Source: Mobula hypostoma
Lineage: Eukaryota
Assembly (NCBI RefSeq): GCF_963921235.1
Contig: NC_086108.1
Span: forward strand, 107,014,001 to 107,078,000
Direction: 5' to 3'
Length of the DNA stretch: 64,000 nucleotides
In this document: positions 58,991 to 64,000 of the stretch, piece by piece
Numbering within the stretch: the first letter of the stretch is position 1
Layout: each line of letters begins with the position of its first letter
Position numbers and translations under genes: made by a program
Notes under the pieces: generated by a model
Told to the model about the DNA's origin: nothing
Seen by the model: only the letters and a program-made list of their open reading frames with translations
The model's database searches: none

Positions 58991-60470
58991 TAGATAGATA
59001 GACAATATCTTTTTCCCAGGGTTGAAATATCTAATACCAGTGGGCATAGAATTAAGGTGAGGGGTAATTTCAAAGAAGATATGAGGGTAAATTTCTTTAC
59101 ACAGAGAGTGGAGGGTGCCTGAAATGTGCTGCCAGAGGTGATGGTAGAGGCAGATACATTAGGGACTTTTAAGAGACATTTAGACTGACACATGAAGTTG
59201 AGTAAAATGGAAGGATATGGACATTGTGTAGGCAGAAGGGATTAGTTTTGTTGGGCATTTTAATTGGTTCAGCACAACACTGTGGGCCGAAGGGCCTGTA
59301 CCTGTGCTATACTGTTCTGTGTTCTGTGTCGATGTTTTTTACGACCTTATCGACCTGTCCAGCTACATTCAGTAAGAAATAGACTTGGACCCCATATCCC
59401 TTGGGTGGGAAGTTGCATTGACTGGGAACTCTTAATAATCCAACAACTTCTTGATCAATTTCTCTTGCACACTGGGTCCGAATCAGCATAGAATACATCA
59501 CATCCAGATGCTTCAAGGATTGCTATGGCAATTGCTATGTCTGTGATCTCAGCTCAATACATTAGGAAAACACTTTTCCCTCCATGAGCTCTGTCTACAC
59601 TTCTCACTGTCTCGGTAAAGCAGTCAGCATAAGCAAAGACCCCACCCACCCTGGACATTTTCTCTTCTCCACCTTAATGAGGACGGGTTGAGTGAGCTAG
59701 GGCTCTTCTCTTTGCAGCAAAGGAGGATGGGATGCCATCTGACAGAGGCACGCAAGATGATAAAAGGCATATATAGAATAGACAGCCAGCACTTTTTCCC
59801 CAGGACAGTAAAGGCCAATACAGAGGACATAATTTTCAGGAGACTGGAAGAATGTATAGAGGGGTAGGGTTTTTACACCACGAGGGCTGGTGGTAGAGGC
59901 TAATATATTAATGAGATTTAAGAGATTCTTAGATAGGAACATGGATATAAAGAAAAAAAAAACATTTGGCAGAAAATACAAATGCTTGAAAGCAGATACC
60001 ACCAGGCTCAAGGAGAGCTTCTATCCCTCTTTATAAGACAGCGGAAGGGTCCCTTACTATGAGATAAACTGTTCACCTCGTAATCTACCTCACCATGGTC
60101 TTTTTACCTATTGTCTTCATGCACTAAACTTTGTCTGTAACTGTAACATCTTTATTTTGAATTCTGATATGAACCAACCAGCTTGATGTACTGTTGTACT
60201 GAAATGGCCCATCTGGCATGCAAAACAAGTTTTTCACTGGATCTCACTACATATAAAAATAATAAACTAATTCAGTTCAGCCGTTATAGTATACGATAGA
60301 GTGGATGTGAAGGGGATGCTTCCTATGGTTGTGGAATCTACACAGACTCAGAATAAAAGGACGTCCATTTGGAATGGAGATGAGGAGGCATTCCATTAGC
60401 CAGGCAGTGGTAAATCTGTGGAATTGATGCCACATGTGGCTGTGGAGGCCAAGTCATTGGATATAGTTAA

Positions 60471-61464
60471 TAGAAAAACATAGAAAATAGGTTCAGGAGT
60501 AGGCCATTCGGCCCTTCAAGGCTGCACCGCCATTCAGTATGATCATGGCTGATCATCCAACTCAGAACCCCGCCCCAGCCTTCCCTCCATACCCCCTGAC
60601 CCCCGTAGCCACAAGGGCCATATCTAACTCCCTCTTAAATATAGCCAATGAACTGGCCTCAACAGTTTCCTGTGGCAGAGAATTCCACAGATTCACCACT
60701 CTCTGTGTGAAGAAGTTTTTCCTAATCTCAGTCCTAAAAGGCTTCCCCTCTATCCTCAAACTGTGACCCCTCGTTCTGGACTTCCCCAACATCGGGAACA
60801 ATCTTCCTGCATCTAGCCTGTCCAATCCCTTTAGGATCTTATACGTTTCAATCAGATCCCCCCTCAATCTTCTAAATTCCAACGAGTACAAGCCCAGTTC
60901 ATCCAGTCTTTCTTCATATGAAAGTCCTGCCATCCCAGGAATCAATCTGGTGAACCTTCTTTGTACTCCCTCTATGGCAAAGATGTCTTTCCTCAGGTTA
61001 GGGGACCAAAACTGCACACAATACTCCAGGTGTGGTCTCACCAAGGCCTTGTACAACTGCAGTAGTACCTCCCTGCTCCTGTACTCGAATCCTCTCGCTA
61101 TAAATGCCAGCATACCGTTCGCCTTTTTCACCGCCTGCTGTACCTGCATGCCCACTTTCAATGACTGGTGTATAATGACACCCAGGTCTCGTTGCACCTC
61201 CCCTTTTCCTAATCGGCCACCATTCAGATAATAATCTGTTTTCCTATTTTTGCCACCAAAGTGGATAACTTCACATTTATCCACATTAAATTGCATCTGC
61301 CATGAGTTTGCCCACTCACCCAACCTATCCAAGTCACCCTGCATCCTCTTAGCATCCTCCTCACTGCTAACACTGCCACCCAGCTTCGTGTCATCCGCAA
61401 ACTTGGAGATGCTGCATTTAATTCCCTCATCCAAGTCATTAATATATATTGTAAACAACTGGGG
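60471..61464 (-). mobile_element. Young 5'-truncated CR1 with uninterrupted 298-codon ORF2 end
   Basis: FTIYINDLDEG...SKFADDTKLGG...WQMQFNVDKC...LVRPHLEYCVQFWSP...FFTQRVVNLWNSLP. Inserted antisense into an older CR1 (ATAGTTAA|GGCAGAGATTGATAG). Confidence 0.97.
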
Positions 61465-61597
61465 CAGAGATTGATAGATTCTTGATTAGTCAGGGCGTGA
61501 AAGGTATTGGGGAGAAGGCAGGAGATTGGGTCTCAGAGGGAAATGGATCAGCCATGGTGAAATGTCAGAGCAGACTCGATGGGTCAAGTGGCCCAAT

Positions 61598-62522
61598 GGG
61601 TTAGTAAATTTGCTGATGACTCAAAGGTTGGAGATGTTGTGGATAGTGTGGAGGGTTGTCAGAGTTTATAGCGGGACATCGATAAGATGCAAAACTGGGA
61701 TGAGATGTGGCAGATGGAGTTCAACCCAGATAAGTGTGAGGTGGTTCATTTTGGTAGGTCAGATATGATGGCAGAATACAGTCTTAATGGTAAGACTCCC
61801 GGCAGTGTGGAGGACCAGAGGGATCTTGGGGTCCAAGTCCATAGGACACTCAAAGCTGCTGCACAGGTTGACTCTGTGGTTAAGAAAGCATACAGTGAAT
61901 TGGCCTTCATCAAACATGTGACTGAGTTTAAGAACCAAGAGGTAATGTTGCAGTTATATAGGACCCGAGTCAGATACCACTTGGAGTTCTGTGCTCAGTT
62001 CTGGTCGCCTCACTACAGGAAGGATGTGGAAGCCATAGAAAGGATGCAGAGGAGATTTATAAGGATGTTGCCTAAATTGGGGAGCATGCCTTATGTGAAT
62101 AGGTTGAGTGAACTTGGCCTTTTCTCCTTGGAGCAACAGAGGATGAGAGGTGACCTGATAGAGGTGTACAAGATAATGAGAGGCATTGATCGTGTGGATA
62201 GTCAGAGGTTTTTTTCCCAGGACTGAAATGGCTAACATGAGAGGGAACAGTTTTAAAGTGCTTAGAAGTAGGTACAGAGGAGATGTCAGGGGTAAGTTTT
62301 TTACCCAGAGAGTGGTGAGTGCATGGAATGGGCTGCCAGTGACTGTGGTGGAGGCAGATACAATAGGGTCTTCTAAGAGACTCCTGGATAATACACGGAG
62401 CTTAGAAAAATAGAGGGCTATGGGTAACCTTAGGTAATTTCTAAAGTAAGTAAATGTTCAGCACAACATTGCGGGCCGAAGGGCCTGTATTGTGCAGTAG
62501 GTTTTCTATATTCTATGTTTCT
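61598..62522 (+). mobile_element. CR1 LINE, 5'-truncated
   Basis: KFADD; WQMEFNPDKCEVVHFGR...LEFCAQFWSPHYRKDVEAIERMQRRF; 3'UTR and tail. Confidence 0.93.
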
Positions 62523-62808
62523 AATTCTGCCCCTATATTTTATGGTCTTGTGGGTGCACATTCCCATATTGTTCGTTCAATGTGTACTACCATCCCCTCC
62601 TGACCCGAACTCCATTGTATTCATAAATAGGAGACTACAAAACTTGCAAGGTTCGTAATGCAAGTTCTATGTTTTTTTAACGTGTCATAGAGTCATCGAG
62701 ATATAGAGTCACACAGTATATATAGGCCCTTCATCCAACTGAGCAATGCTAACCAAACTTCCAATCTAAGCTAGTCCAAATTAAACACTTAGCCTCTATC
62801 CCTCTAAC

Positions 62809-62864
62809 CAGGGGTTCTCGACCTTTGTTCATGCCAGAGTGGACCCCAGGATGGGAAACTCCTG
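62809..62864. mobile_element. hAT-type MITE (same family as 40336-40415)
   Basis: CAGGGGTTCTCGACCT...TTCATGCCA...GGACCCC...GGGAAACTCCTG; flanks CTCTAAC/CTCTGAAC. Confidence 0.65.
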
Positions 62865-63699
62865 CTCTGAACCTTGTATCGCCATGTACCTGTCCTAGTG
62901 TCTTTTTAAAGTTGTTAATGTACCTGCTCCAAGCGCTTCCTCCAGTACATTGACCACCCTGTGAGTGAAAAATTTGCCTACCAGCAGTTGGCATAACACT
63001 ATTACAGCAAAGTGTAATTTTCCTGTAATTAATTCAATTCCAGCTACTCTCTGTAAGGAGGTTGTACAGTATGTTCTCTCCATGGCTGTGAGGGTTTTCC
63101 CCGAGTGCACCAGTCTCCTCTCCACATTCCAAAGATGTATCAGTTCAGAATCAGGTTTAATAGCACTGGCATATGTCGTGAAATTTGTAGCAGCAGTACA
63201 ATGCAATGCATAATAATAGAACAAAATGTGAATTACATTAACTCTATACACTATATTCAATAGTTAAATTAAATAAGTGGTGCAAAAATGAAAACAAAAA
63301 TGTACTGAGGTAGTGTTCACGGGTTCAATGTCCACTCAGAAGTTGCATGACAGAGGGGAAGAAGCTGTTCCTGGATCACTGAGTGTGTGTCTTCAAGGTT
63401 CTGTATCTCCTACTTGATGGTAACAATGAGAACAAGACATGACCTGGCTGGTGGAGGTCCTCAGTAATGGATGCTCCCTTTTTGAATCGGTTAATTGGTC
63501 ATATGAGTGTAATTAGGTGGTGCAGAAGGGCCTGTTACAGTGCTGTATCTCTAAAGTGAAATAAAATAAAATCAATTTCTCCCTTCTCGCCTTACACCTC
63601 TGCCCTCTAGTTCTTGGGGAAGAAGATAGAGGACATTCAGCCAGTCTATACCCTTTGTGATTTTTTCACATCTGCGATAGTTGTCAGGGTGTGCCCTGA

Positions 63700-63900
63700 A
63701 ATGGGAAGCTGTTCAGAGTGAAAGTGCAAGATAAGACTGTTGGCAAAATGGAATTAGTTGGATCGTTGTTGTAGAAAGAAGTGGATAATAAGGCCTTCCC
63801 CATGGGGCTTGGAGGTACGTAAACACTGGAAATCCATAGGAAAGATGAAGGTGCGGGGGCTGGGGAACCAGAAAGTGTCAAAATTGTGGAGTTGCTCTGG
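63700..63900 (-). mobile_element. Old PLE RT fragment (motif A region)
   Basis: LHNFDTFWFPSPRTFIFPMDFQCLRTSKPHGEGL.IHFFLQQR resembles PLE RT FTMDVQSLYTSIPH.EGL...FFL. Confidence 0.65.
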
Positions 63901-64000
63901 CAGAGTGTTTCTTGTTGCAGATTCCAGCATCTTACCCAAAGAAGGGCATAGGTTTAATGTAAGAATAATAAGATTTAATAAGAACATGAGACACAGCTTT

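Overview
This 64 kb window is repeat-saturated, non-coding vertebrate DNA (intron or intergenic). The repeat repertoire points to a cartilaginous fish, probably a ray or skate. That assignment is inferred from dozens of CR1 fragments, V-domain (HE1-type) SINEs, Rex1/Babar LINEs, Penelope-like elements and a Deu-domain SINE remnant. I recognise no host protein-coding gene. Nearly every ORF in the track is a retroelement fragment, its antisense shadow, or low-complexity sequence, and a few orphan exon-like segments are listed at low confidence. The most interesting layer is RNA structure carried by non-autonomous retroelements. (1) A TSD-bounded RTE-derived element starts with a complete HDV-like double-pseudoknot ribozyme fold that has an unusual hairpin inserted in L3 (21263-21448); a diverged second copy shows compensatory changes in that hairpin. 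(2) There are two families of Penelope-type minimal hammerhead motifs, one copy intact at 57458-57493, plus palindromic mini-elements with a hammerhead remnant on each strand. (3) A third, BovB/Expander-type RTE 5' head has conserved core motifs and variable hairpins, and I cannot assign its function. Also present are an R4/Dong-clade element next to (TAA)n, two nearly identical young CR1 copies, modular SINEs, solo LTRs, Tc1 and hAT remnants, and several repeat-free islands that look like regulatory elements. Family names come from motif recognition by eye, and element boundaries without a TSD are approximate.
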